64,000 bases of DNA from a virus. A program made the position numbers and the translations under genes. Positions 48,990 to 58,033 of this stretch are shown one piece after another; positions within the stretch are counted from its first letter, which is position 1, and the number at the start of each line of letters is the position of its first letter. The stretch lies in the IMG/VR virus record IMGVR_UViG_3300030447_000318; one strand, 5' to 3'. Below the pieces are notes generated by a model. The model saw nothing but the letters and a program-made list of their open reading frames with translations. It made no database searches and was not told the origin of the DNA.

Positions 48990-49145
48990 TTGACAAACTA
49001 AATATATTATGTATAATAAATATTGTAACACAACTTGTGTTGCTGATTTCTACTTAGCGTAGATGAAATGCCCACATAGTGTATTGGTAGTAAATGTTGG
49101 GCGACAGAGGGCGTAGTATCCAGATTGGCTACGCCCATTTTTATT
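48990..49145 (+). CRISPR. solitary Cas12a-type repeat unit 3 (TTGACA-16-TATAAT promoter, repeat ATTTCTACTTAGCGTAGAT with Lb-like 5-nt loop, ~44-nt segment, terminator)
   Basis: -35 at 48990-48995. -10 at 49012-49017. Repeat at 49046-49064. Terminator gggcgtag...ctacgccc plus ATTTTTATT at 49109-49145. Confidence 0.55.
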
Positions 49146-49148
49146 GTT

Positions 49149-49568
49149 TTACTCTATTGCGTCTCTAAGAATTTGAATAAAATTCTCGATGTTTTTTACA
49201 TTTTCTTTATCCATTTTTTTACCCCATTCTTCGACCTTTGGAAGACGTATCCAGTCTTCATAATCATAGTCATCAGGAGAAACTGGGCAATCGAAAATTT
49301 CGCATAAATATTTTCCATCATACCCAAGGTTGTGTTCCATATTAGAATATATATGAGGATAAATGTCTATAACGTCTACTGAGTTTGGAACTATAAAATC
49401 ATAGTCTCCTACACAATATTCATCTAAGATACTGCCTATTTCTTCATATATCTCATTCTCATAATGTGTTGACAAAAAATCTATATAGCTAACAGATGAA
49501 CTTAATTCTATAATGTCTTTTTCGATTTTATCAATTTGTGTTAAACTTAAATTATATTTATTTTTCAT
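49149..49568 (-). CDS. hypothetical protein
   Basis: 139-aa ORF. Confidence 0.45.
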   Translation of the reverse strand: MKNKYNLSLTQIDKIEKDIIELSSSVSYIDFLSTHYENEIYEEIGSILDEYCVGDYDFIVPNSVDVIDIYPHIYSNMEHNLGYDGKYLCEIFDCPVSPDDYDYEDWIRLPKVEEWGKKMDKENVKNIENFIQILRDAIE

Positions 49569-49587
49569 AATTTTACCTCCGATTAAT

Positions 49588-50052
49588 CTATAATTTTATT
49601 TGTGATAACTTCATAAAACTCATTACCCTTCGCCATAGTAATCCAATTACCTTTTTTAGCCCTGACAATGCTTTTTCACCGTAGCAAGAAATCATTGAAC
49701 CAACACCATAACATTCTATAGCAGCAACCTCTCCTTGAGAACATACTCTTGTGTTATTAGCATATATATTCACTTTTATATTACGACAGTTTCCACTACT
49801 ATTAATGTTTACTTTACTGTTATTTCCGAATATATTAATTGTCGCACCATCTGAGTCTATGTTCACTACAGTGTTACCGTAAATATTAATTGTGTCATTA
49901 AGACCGTTAAATATAATTAATAATTTTCTCTTTTCCTGAATTCTTCTTCTAAATCCCTACTTCTTTGTTCAGATGCTTTTCTATCTAACAATGATGGAAT
50001 ACCAAATACTACAAACAAAGCGATAGCACAACTAATTAAATCTACGAACATA
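49588..50052 (-). CDS. membrane-anchored beta-repeat protein, apparently split by a -1 frame change (44-aa TM ORF plus NI..G.N..V repeat ORF)
   Basis: TM ORF MFVDLISCAIALFVVFGIPSLL... ends at about 49919. An overlapping frame continues KLLIIFNGLNDTINIYGNTVVNIDSDGATINIFGNNSKVNINSSGN... with no ATG. The junction is at caggaaaagagaaaatt. Confidence 0.3.
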
Positions 50053-50109
50053 ATAATCTCTCCTTTTTATTTTTATAATAACATAATTAACGATTAAAAA
50101 CAATACTCT

Positions 50110-50259
50110 TAGTAAAAACATTTTTTAAACAATTCATCTTCTAATAATTTCTTTGCGTAATCATTAGTCGATAAATGTTCACATTTGTCTTTTTCTTTAT
50201 ACCTCAATAATCTATCTGCGTCCACAGAAGACAAAGTGAAATTTAAGTTTATTACCATA
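50110..50259 (-). CDS. small hypothetical protein (49 aa)
   Basis: ATG ORF shorter than 60 aa, so not in the supplied track. Confidence 0.3.
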
Positions 50260-50368
50260 TATCTCTTCCTTTCTTGTATAATATCATTTGTGTAGTACCA
50301 TAATTGGTACTAAAAAAGAGATTAGAAAATTTTCTAATCTCTTTATGAAATATGAGTTTCATTAAACA

Positions 50369-50539
50369 TATTATCCCTCTAAATATTTATCAATTTTCTC
50401 ATATAACTGGTCACACAAATTCAAAATACCACCAGTTCCGTTTTCTTTGCTGTCATCGTAAATTTCTTCAGAAGATTGATAACATAAGTCTGAAATTCTT
50501 TTTAATAAATCCTTTTCTTTATTATCCATAACCATCACC
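50369..50539 (-). CDS. small hypothetical protein (56 aa)
   Basis: ATG ORF MVMDNKEKDLLKRISDLCYQSSEEIYDD... followed by a minus-strand terminator hairpin at 50318-50345. Confidence 0.35.
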
Positions 50540-50580
50540 ATTTTAACCTTTCGTTTTAGATTTTTATATACAACTCTGTT

Positions 50581-50814
50581 TTATTCAAACTCCTTATTAA
50601 CCCAATGACCAAATCCTGAAGAACCGATTGTATATTCTTCAACTAAATTTACCTTTTCTAACCATGCACACTCACCATTTTCACACTTGATTGGCAACCA
50701 TGCAAATACAGTAGAACGCCTTAACTCTCCGTAATAAGGCTCAATTTTTATTTGCTTTTTCCATCTCATAATTTCCCTCTTTTTCAAAATAAAATTATTC
50801 AAGTTTTCTTGCAA
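50581..50814 (-). CDS. hypothetical protein
   Basis: 77-aa ORF. Confidence 0.4.
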   Translation of the reverse strand: MQENLNNFILKKREIMRWKKQIKIEPYYGELRRSTVFAWLPIKCENGECAWLEKVNLVEEYTIGSSGFGHWVNKEFE

Positions 50815-51173
50815 TCGCTTTTATTCCTTTGATTATTACTTCATATTTCCCTTCCTCATTAAATGACACTATATAAGGAAACGGAAATGTTTTACAATAA
50901 CCACGTACAGATTCACGTTTTGTGTGTCCATTCCCTAATTCGCAATCAATCCTAATATTTTTATTATTATCTTCAAAAGAAGTATCTTTTTCTCTTTTAA
51001 TATAAGCTAATATCCCTGATTGTCCAGGGAATTCTTCTATACACCATATTACTTTATCAACTATATAACTCTTTCCTTTAACATGAATTGTATCTCCAAT
51101 TGTAGGCTTTACGCCTACTTCTAAATTAACAACCAAATTATCTTCTTCACATTTGAGCTGTACTAACAACATA
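50795..51173 (-). CDS. hypothetical protein (start MLLVQLK with RBS aaggagg)
   Basis: A strong RBS precedes the internal ATG. The upstream part of the longest ORF is low complexity. Confidence 0.45.
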
Positions 51174-51445
51174 TTTATTCCTCCTTTGTATACATTATTT
51201 CTTATTGCATTTATGATCCAAATGTGGTTTATAAAATAATCCACATTTATCACATTTACATACTGTGGTCTGAGAATTAATATTATTTCTAAACCACTTT
51301 TTTGTATTTTTATCATATATGTTTGACACGACTACTCCTCTTTTCTAAAACAGATAAAACTTTAATTGTTTTTAAATTTAATTTCCCTATCTTCTAACCA
51401 ATCAATTAATGGAGCAAAATATGCTTGTGGCATTTTTATTTTTAA

Positions 51446-51703
51446 TTAATAAAAAATTTTTCCAATATCTTCAATTAAATTCCCTGTATCTTTTGCCAAC
51501 TTGTATAAATATAAACCATCTTCTTCGGGAACATATTCTTCTAAGAAATTTTCAATATTATCTTCCTTACTATAATTAGGACATTCTTTCCAATGTAATA
51601 ATAAGAATTCTTCAGTAATAACAAAGTTTGTTTCTCCAACATTTTCTCCAATATCATCTGTAACCCACTTTCTATTGAGTTCATATTCTTTTCGTATAGT
51701 CAT
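51446..51703 (-). CDS. hypothetical protein
   Basis: 85-aa ORF. Confidence 0.4.
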   Translation of the reverse strand: MTIRKEYELNRKWVTDDIGENVGETNFVITEEFLLLHWKECPNYSKEDNIENFLEEYVPEEDGLYLYKLAKDTGNLIEDIGKIFY

Positions 51704-51733
51704 ATAATCAACCTTTCTATTTAAAACACTAAT

Positions 51734-52156
51734 TTATTCTGTTATTTCAACCTTAATTTCTGTATTTCTCCAATTTCCTTGTAAATATTTTTTAGATACG
51801 GACGTTCCAGATTTGTAACTATCAATAAATTCTGTTAAGGACTCCATAACTTTATAAAATATTTCAAGCAACCAATAATGAGTATATGATATATGTATAC
51901 CATCGCATAAAAACTCCCACAGAAAATCTTTTGCATCATCTTTACAAATCCAGTCTTCTTTGTCTATAAATTCTACTGAACCGATATAATCATAATAACT
52001 ACGGCTAGGTATTGCTATTCCCTTATCAAAATCAATAAAATCATAATATTCATCATCATCTATTATTACTTCTTTATCCGTACAGCCAAATTTATCAGCA
52101 TTTCGCAACCAGTAATCGCCATCAGTATATAATTTATAAGTAATAGTTATTTTCAT
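51734..52156 (-). CDS. hypothetical protein
   Basis: 140-aa ORF. Confidence 0.45.
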   Translation of the reverse strand: MKITITYKLYTDGDYWLRNADKFGCTDKEVIIDDDEYYDFIDFDKGIAIPSRSYYDYIGSVEFIDKEDWICKDDAKDFLWEFLCDGIHISYTHYWLLEIFYKVMESLTEFIDSYKSGTSVSKKYLQGNWRNTEIKVEITE

Positions 52157-52206
52157 TTACTTCACCTCTTTAAATAAAAAGTTATCTAAATCATCGTTTC
52201 ATCGGA

Positions 52207-52428
52207 TTATACACACCAATATTCTTCTCCATCCATTGCTCTTTTAACTTCATCAATAGACAAATCATATAAATCAGCAACAAAATCTATTGCACTATCA
52301 ATAGATTGCAACGAAGCAAATTTTCTTCTGTCTCTAAGACAACTAATAGCTTGCCGCAAATTTCTCTCCTTGTGTAATAATTCCTGCTGTTTAACTACTG
52401 CGTATTTTTCATAATTGCTTTGACTCAT
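52207..52428 (-). CDS. hypothetical protein
   Basis: 73-aa ORF. Confidence 0.4.
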   Translation of the reverse strand: MSQSNYEKYAVVKQQELLHKERNLRQAISCLRDRRKFASLQSIDSAIDFVADLYDLSIDEVKRAMDGEEYWCV

Positions 52429-52457
52429 AATTTCACCTTCCTTTTGAAATCCTCATT

Positions 52458-52703
52458 TCAAAGTAATTTATTTAACTTTTCCATAATTTCATTTTTGAAA
52501 CCAATCACATTAAGAGCTTGAATAATACCCTCTGCGTATCCTCTGTGATTCTGTGCCTTTGTTTCCAAAATATGTCGTTCTGTTGTATCATAACATCGTG
52601 CCGCTTCTTCAAATTCTTTTTTAGAATTATTTGCATTTTGTATAGCTTCTTCCGCTAATTTTTCACACTTAATAATTTCTAATCGTGTCATAAAACCCTC
52701 CAT
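52458..52703 (-). CDS. hypothetical protein
   Basis: 81-aa ORF. Confidence 0.4.
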   Translation of the reverse strand: MEGFMTRLEIIKCEKLAEEAIQNANNSKKEFEEAARCYDTTERHILETKAQNHRGYAEGIIQALNVIGFKNEIMEKLNKLL

Positions 52704-52729
52704 TCTTCCAAAGAAACTCTTGATTCAAT

Positions 52730-52957
52730 CTAATAATCCAATACTTCCAACACATCTGGATGATCTTCAAACCATGAATTTTCATCCAATTTCCATATTT
52801 CAATCCAATCTGTTTTAGCATTAAATTCATTAGAATGTGCATTGTATGCAGTTTTTACTTTTTCTCTTGCTTCTTCCACACTATCAGCAATAACAATTCC
52901 TGTTGCTAAATCCTTTACGGAATAACCATATAATCTTTTAACATTCATAATTACCAC
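52730..52957 (-). CDS. hypothetical protein
   Basis: 75-aa ORF. Confidence 0.4.
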   Translation of the reverse strand: MVIMNVKRLYGYSVKDLATGIVIADSVEEAREKVKTAYNAHSNEFNAKTDWIEIWKLDENSWFEDHPDVLEVLDY

Positions 52958-53355
52958 TCCCTTAACTCTTCATTTGCCTTATCAATCAAACTAACTGGAA
53001 TTGCTTTAAAGTCTGTCACATAATCTTCCATTGCATTGATATGTTCTTCAATATATTCTTCCAGTTCCTTTTTGAAATCATCATCAGATACATTTGTTAA
53101 GTCGTCATTCCATGAAAAACTTGCGACATCACAATAATCATACGGATATTTATCAGCCCCATATCCATATCCTGTATCAACACCACCAACGTACAAGTCA
53201 AACCATAAGTGATTTCCCCAATCAATAATATCAAAGCAAAGATTCCCAACTCTTACGTTCCCAATATACTCTCCACTTCCTTCTTCATTTATATATACAT
53301 GTTGTTCTGCCTTATATCTCTGAAACTCTGGCTGCAAATTCCATTTAAACTTCAT
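52951..53355 (-). CDS. hypothetical protein
   Basis: 134-aa ORF. Confidence 0.45.
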   Translation of the reverse strand: MKFKWNLQPEFQRYKAEQHVYINEEGSGEYIGNVRVGNLCFDIIDWGNHLWFDLYVGGVDTGYGYGADKYPYDYCDVASFSWNDDLTNVSDDDFKKELEEYIEEHINAMEDYVTDFKAIPVSLIDKANEELREW

Positions 53356-53361
53356 ATCTCA

Positions 53362-54195
53362 TCACTCCTTCCACAATTCTTTATATGCTTTTTTAGCAGC
53401 TTCTTTTAGTTTGACTGTCCAATATTCATCCGAAAAGTCTATCTCATATGGGTAACAATCTTTCAATTTATCGTGTTCCCAAAGACCTTTTTCGTTTTTA
53501 AATATTCGATAGAAAGCACTATTGTACTCTGTGTTTTCTGCACTATTGTCAATGCAGAGATTGTAGTCAACAGCTTTCTCTTCATTTCCATACTCAGCGT
53601 CTCCCCAACTATCATAGTTTTCGTGTTTTTCAATACAGTTTAAAATTTCAAACTTACATATGCGAAGAGAAAATATATTCGGCGAAGCTATTTCTTCTAT
53701 TTTATCGAAGAATAAAAGAATTTCGTCTGCCCTATCCTCACCAAAACGATTCTCAGCATCTTCAGAAGGTACTTTATAGTATTTTTTATCAGATTTATCA
53801 GATGTAACTATAATTACAAAATTATCCTCATAGTCAGCAATTTCTGCATCAAATAATTCAAGAAATTCATACAAATCTTCGTCATCATAAACAATGTTAT
53901 CCTCGCATTCTACAGGGATTTCAAATTGATATAAGTCATTGTATTTATTTACAACATCTTGAAATGTCATTGTTTTAAGGTCGTTTAAAATTTGTTCAAA
54001 ATTTCCCTTTTCTAACTCAAACCCCTCATGACAAAATCCAACTTTATCAGACAACCAATCTGAAATTTCTTCTTGATATGGGTCATCTGGGTTGTAATTA
54101 ACTTCTAAATCGTAAGGGATTACCATTTCCTTTGGTAAATCCTGTAATGTTTCCTTATTATCTGTGTCCCATTTAATATTTATTGCTTTTAACAT
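53362..54195 (-). CDS. acidic hypothetical protein (277 aa)
   Basis: Long acidic ORF. Confidence 0.45.
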   Translation of the reverse strand: MLKAINIKWDTDNKETLQDLPKEMVIPYDLEVNYNPDDPYQEEISDWLSDKVGFCHEGFELEKGNFEQILNDLKTMTFQDVVNKYNDLYQFEIPVECEDNIVYDDEDLYEFLELFDAEIADYEDNFVIIVTSDKSDKKYYKVPSEDAENRFGEDRADEILLFFDKIEEIASPNIFSLRICKFEILNCIEKHENYDSWGDAEYGNEEKAVDYNLCIDNSAENTEYNSAFYRIFKNEKGLWEHDKLKDCYPYEIDFSDEYWTVKLKEAAKKAYKELWKE

Positions 54196-54201
54196 AATTC
54201 A

Positions 54202-54423
54202 TCACTCCATTTCTGTAAATCCATTTCTCTTTAAATACTCTATGTAATCTTCAATATCCGATTTCTTTTTAACCTCAATATCTTCTGGATGATAATATCC
54301 ATAAAAAGCATTCGTATATACCTTATATGTTTTATTTTCCATATCAACAATGAGATGATAATTATTTGCACAATCACCACGTTTCTTCCAATTCTTATCA
54401 AGCCAAAATAGATGCAATCTCAT
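54202..54423 (-). CDS. hypothetical protein
   Basis: 73-aa ORF. Confidence 0.4.
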   Translation of the reverse strand: MRLHLFWLDKNWKKRGDCANNYHLIVDMENKTYKVYTNAFYGYYHPEDIEVKKKSDIEDYIEYLKRNGFTEME

Positions 54424-54440
54424 ATAATCAACTATCCTTT

Positions 54441-54743
54441 CTATAATTCAAATTCCACGATTCTTCCAGAACTTAACACTACATATTCATCTCCGTTTTC
54501 TGCAATATGATTTCCAAGTTCTGTATAATCAAGAACCGCTTCAATATGATGATCTAATTCTCCAATCACGTTATCAATATAATTACTTGCCAAGTCATAA
54601 GCGGAATCGAATATTGCTATAATATGTAAATCATCTTCTGTTACATTGTCGTTAAAATTTCCAAGAAGTTCATCAATTTCCCTTTCCCATATATCCTGAT
54701 CTAATAAGTATGCTCTTAATTCTTCCATTGTTTTATCCTCCAA
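54441..54743 (-). CDS. acidic hypothetical protein
   Basis: 100-aa ORF. Confidence 0.4.
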   Translation of the reverse strand: MEDKTMEELRAYLLDQDIWEREIDELLGNFNDNVTEDDLHIIAIFDSAYDLASNYIDNVIGELDHHIEAVLDYTELGNHIAENGDEYVVLSSGRIVEFEL

Positions 54744-54773
54744 TCTTAAAATGAAATTGCTATTTCTTATGTT

Positions 54774-55070
54774 TTAAGGTTCTTCGTCATTTGCGTTTAA
54801 CCAGTCCATATATAATGCGGTTGCATCATATTCGTCCTCTGTTAAATAACTGTAACTTTCCAAAAATTCTTCTTTTGTAAGGATTTTAAAATCTGCCATT
54901 TTAGGAATATCTGTTATAAATGTCTTGTTCATATCAAAATCAATGTCAAAACTAGCTCGACATTCAGAATGATATGTATAAAATCCTTCGAGGTTATTTT
55001 CATCATGTTTTAATGTATATAAATCAAATTCTTTTCCGCAATTAGGACACTTTATTTTCATTCCAATCAC
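54774..55070 (-). CDS. zinc-ribbon hypothetical protein
   Basis: CPNCGKEF near the N-terminus. Confidence 0.4.
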   Translation of the reverse strand: MIGMKIKCPNCGKEFDLYTLKHDENNLEGFYTYHSECRASFDIDFDMNKTFITDIPKMADFKILTKEEFLESYSYLTEDEYDATALYMDWLNANDEEP

Positions 55071-55076
55071 TCCAAT

Positions 55077-55382
55077 CTATATTTCATAATCAAATTCGCT
55101 TAATCCACCACTTGCAAATATATATTCTGCTACATCTGGAACAAATATCATAAGATTATCAGGATATTTTTCATCCTTAATTGTAAAATATCCTCTTTCT
55201 CTTACATCATCATCTTCAAAGTAATAACCAAAAATCATTTCTATTAAATTTCTTATTGATGTTTTTGGCTCGTATTTCTGTTCTCTGATCCATACAGCCA
55301 TGTAGTCGTAATCACACCATTTTTCCCTTGGGTATTTACTATAATCTTTTTCCTCTGTCCATTGATTTACCATATTAATCAC
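55077..55382 (-). CDS. hypothetical protein
   Basis: 101-aa ORF. Confidence 0.4.
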   Translation of the reverse strand: MINMVNQWTEEKDYSKYPREKWCDYDYMAVWIREQKYEPKTSIRNLIEMIFGYYFEDDDVRERGYFTIKDEKYPDNLMIFVPDVAEYIFASGGLSEFDYEI

Positions 55383-55674
55383 TCCAATCTTCTAATAACT
55401 CATACACTTCATCTCTATGGTCATATACATATTGAGCAAATGCTTCATAATCTCCATCCTTTTCAGGAAAATCTTCAATAAAGCTTGCATACATTGCATC
55501 AGAGACAATATGTTCATTGAATATTTTTCCGTTGTATTCGAGGTCTGAATCAGCCCACGAATTATAATAAATAAATCCAATATCTGGTATTCCACACCAG
55601 TTAGGATATTCTTTCATAGGGAAAGTTGCTAAACCATTTTTTACTATAAAATCTCTTTCTATTGTGCTTGTCAT
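55375..55674 (-). CDS. hypothetical protein (start MTSTIERD)
   Basis: The longest-ORF start is a GTG. The ATG with SD gggagagtga is preferred. Confidence 0.4.
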   Translation of the reverse strand: MTSTIERDFIVKNGLATFPMKEYPNWCGIPDIGFIYYNSWADSDLEYNGKIFNEHIVSDAMYASFIEDFPEKDGDYEAFAQYVYDHRDEVYELLEDWSD

Positions 55675-55679
55675 CTTAA

Positions 55680-55853
55680 TCACTCTCCCTTCAAATTAGG
55701 ACACAAGCCAAGACCACCATCAATCTCAGGTAATCTTCTATATGCTCCTCTGTGTGGACATTCTTCTTTTTTACATTTAGTACAATCGCATTTTTGATAT
55801 TCCTCATAACTCATTTTCCAGTTTGTCTCTGAAAATCTTTCTCTTGTCATCAT
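55680..55853 (-). CDS. Cys-rich small protein (57 aa)
   Basis: ATG ORF MMTRERFSETNWKMSYEEYQKCDCTKCKKEECPHRGAYRRLPEIDGGLGLCPNLKGE with RBS gaggt. Shorter than 60 aa, so absent from the supplied track. Confidence 0.35.
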   Translation of the reverse strand: MMTRERFSETNWKMSYEEYQKCDCTKCKKEECPHRGAYRRLPEIDGGLGLCPNLKGE

Positions 55854-55906
55854 AATTTTTTACCTCGCTTTCTTTCCAAGAAACAGTTCTTTCAACTGGT
55901 TTTATT

Positions 55907-56287
55907 TTATAAAAATATACATTCAATCACTTCTGTTCCATTTTCTTTAGCCTGATCGTATAATCTTTCTTGTTCTTCTGCCTTTTGCTTTTCAAAATCT
56001 GTAATGTATCCATATTTTTCATTAAATAATTTTGATTTAATATTTCGAAAAATATACATTGTGCCATCTGAAACAATACAATCTCTTATACTAATTTTTC
56101 CGTGTAATCCCATATCACGGATTTTTCTATAATAATCCATTTGTTTATTTGCCTGTAAATCATAAAGGCTCACAATGTTTCGTACTACTCCACAAGTTTT
56201 TCCTTCATCGTTTTTGATTGTAATACTTCCTTTACTTATTTTTACCTTTTTGTTTATGCAATCTTTAATTTCTGCCATATTAACCAA
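55907..56287 (-). CDS. hypothetical protein
   Basis: 126-aa ORF. Confidence 0.45.
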   Translation of the reverse strand: MVNMAEIKDCINKKVKISKGSITIKNDEGKTCGVVRNIVSLYDLQANKQMDYYRKIRDMGLHGKISIRDCIVSDGTMYIFRNIKSKLFNEKYGYITDFEKQKAEEQERLYDQAKENGTEVIECIFL

Positions 56288-56295
56288 CCTCTCTT

Positions 56296-56781
56296 TTATA
56301 AGCCATAAGCACTAATGTCAATTCTATTCAACTTAAAATTCAAATTCCTACTCCAATTTAACTCTCCTGATTTTACTGGCAAATCATTATCGTCATAATA
56401 TCCGTAGATATTTGCCTTATATACATTCCATCTTGCACCATCTACATGCAATACTGAATAAATCAATTTGTCGTTTTTGTAGAAGTCATAGCAGCTACAA
56501 TCAATATCAAGATAATATTTATATCCGTTTTCATCCTCTGCATTGATTATAAAATCTTCTCTGTTCATTCTTGATATTCTTGATTTACCTATTAGTTCTG
56601 CTTTGATTGTGTTTGGAATATCTTCAATATTGTCTAACAAGCTTGAATCAATGAACACAGGTTTCTTTTCTTTCCGTTCATACAAATTCGAAAACTTCTT
56701 TCTAAACTGTGCTGCTGTTCCACAAATATATTCATATTTGTTCATTTCACATTCTCCTTCCAATAAATAAGACAGATACAT
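56296..56781 (-). CDS. hypothetical protein
   Basis: 161-aa ORF. Confidence 0.45.
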   Translation of the reverse strand: MYLSYLLEGECEMNKYEYICGTAAQFRKKFSNLYERKEKKPVFIDSSLLDNIEDIPNTIKAELIGKSRISRMNREDFIINAEDENGYKYYLDIDCSCYDFYKNDKLIYSVLHVDGARWNVYKANIYGYYDDNDLPVKSGELNWSRNLNFKLNRIDISAYGL

Positions 56782-56957
56782 TCCTGCATCTGCCTTATTA
56801 TTCTCTGTATTAAACTTCCTTAACTTCTAACATTTCATACTCAACATCACCATTATCAAGTCCGTAAATTCGCTTACATTCTTCAATAGATGATACTATA
56901 CAGCTTTGTGTTCTCCATTCCCAATTACTCATTACATCTTTATATTTGAATGTTATA

Positions 56958-57479
56958 TTAAGCATCTGCATTTTCCTCCTTTGGTGTAATAAGCTTTGTG
57001 ATATTCTCTCTGAAAAATTCACAATATCCGTTAATACTTCCGTCATTGTAAACCCAGAACCAATCCTCGTCATAATTCCAAAAAATCATTACTTCATGAC
57101 CTGCTGTAACACCGTCAAATACGTACTTGTCTCTCTTTCCATCTTTTGAAGTAAAACATTCCTTTACACTATCTTCACTTGCTCCATTTTTACTCATTTT
57201 TAGATATAAATATCTTCTAAGATTTTCTAAATCCCTTTCTGTCTGTACATCAAAGATTTCAACCATATCATCATATGACAAATCATCGTTAATATCGTTC
57301 TGAGAAACACAATCTTTTTCTGTTAATCTCTTTAGCTCTTTACTAATTGCAAACAGTGCTGATTCTTCATATTTTTTACATTCTTCTTCGTTACTAAATA
57401 CAGTTCCATCCTCTGCAATATACTCTGTTCTTACAAGTTTCTCAATTGTTTCTGTTTTTCTTACTTCATTTACTTTCAT
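56958..57479 (-). CDS. hypothetical protein
   Basis: 173-aa ORF. Confidence 0.45.
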   Translation of the reverse strand: MKVNEVRKTETIEKLVRTEYIAEDGTVFSNEEECKKYEESALFAISKELKRLTEKDCVSQNDINDDLSYDDMVEIFDVQTERDLENLRRYLYLKMSKNGASEDSVKECFTSKDGKRDKYVFDGVTAGHEVMIFWNYDEDWFWVYNDGSINGYCEFFRENITKLITPKEENADA

Positions 57480-57564
57480 ATTTTTAATCTCCTTTTTCTT
57501 ATACTATATATTGTAGTTATTCGTTTTATGTACCACTATATCTTGTAATTATTTTACCAAGAAT

Positions 57565-57849
57565 TTACAAATATATTACTACTTCTTCATTTATCCAACT
57601 AACTTCATACCCATCTGCTTCTAATTGTTTTTGTGCAGCGTTTAGGCATCCATTACTATCCCATTCACTTTCATTTTCATTTTTATAATTGTTAATTGCA
57701 TTTTTTACTCTACTAACAATTCCAGCTGTAATAGTATAACCATAAACTTTTGCAGTAATGTTTATGTCAGTTCCACAACCTGACATATCTTTATCAATAA
57801 ATGTAATAAATTGTTCTTTCATATAGCCACCTCTTTTACATTTCTTCAT
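57565..57849 (-). CDS. hypothetical protein
   Basis: 94-aa ORF. Confidence 0.4.
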   Translation of the reverse strand: MKKCKRGGYMKEQFITFIDKDMSGCGTDINITAKVYGYTITAGIVSRVKNAINNYKNENESEWDSNGCLNAAQKQLEADGYEVSWINEEVVIYL

Positions 57850-58033
57850 TATTAGGTGTAAAATAATATCCTTTATGTCCTTCTTCTGGCGAATCTTCTG
57901 TAGTGTCTTTCCATTTTGTGATAATCACCATCTCATATTTCTTATTTCCATCATATTTTACACCAACTAATTCTGCTGTGTATAATTTGTATTTGCTCAT
58001 AGTATTTATTCCTCCGTTTCTGTTTCGTGCCAC
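57836..58033 (-). CDS. hypothetical protein
   Basis: 65-aa ORF. Confidence 0.35.
   Translation of the reverse strand: MARNRNGGINTMSKYKLYTAELVGVKYDGNKKYEMVIITKWKDTTEDSPEEGHKGYYFTPNNEEM

Noticed and set aside
50270-50350. An extended -10 (tgtataat) plus two hairpins that at first looked like another plus-strand small-RNA unit
   Set aside because: The T-run (tttttt) follows the main hairpin on the minus strand, not the plus strand. The hairpin lies immediately downstream of a minus-strand 56-aa ORF. It is an ordinary minus-strand terminator.
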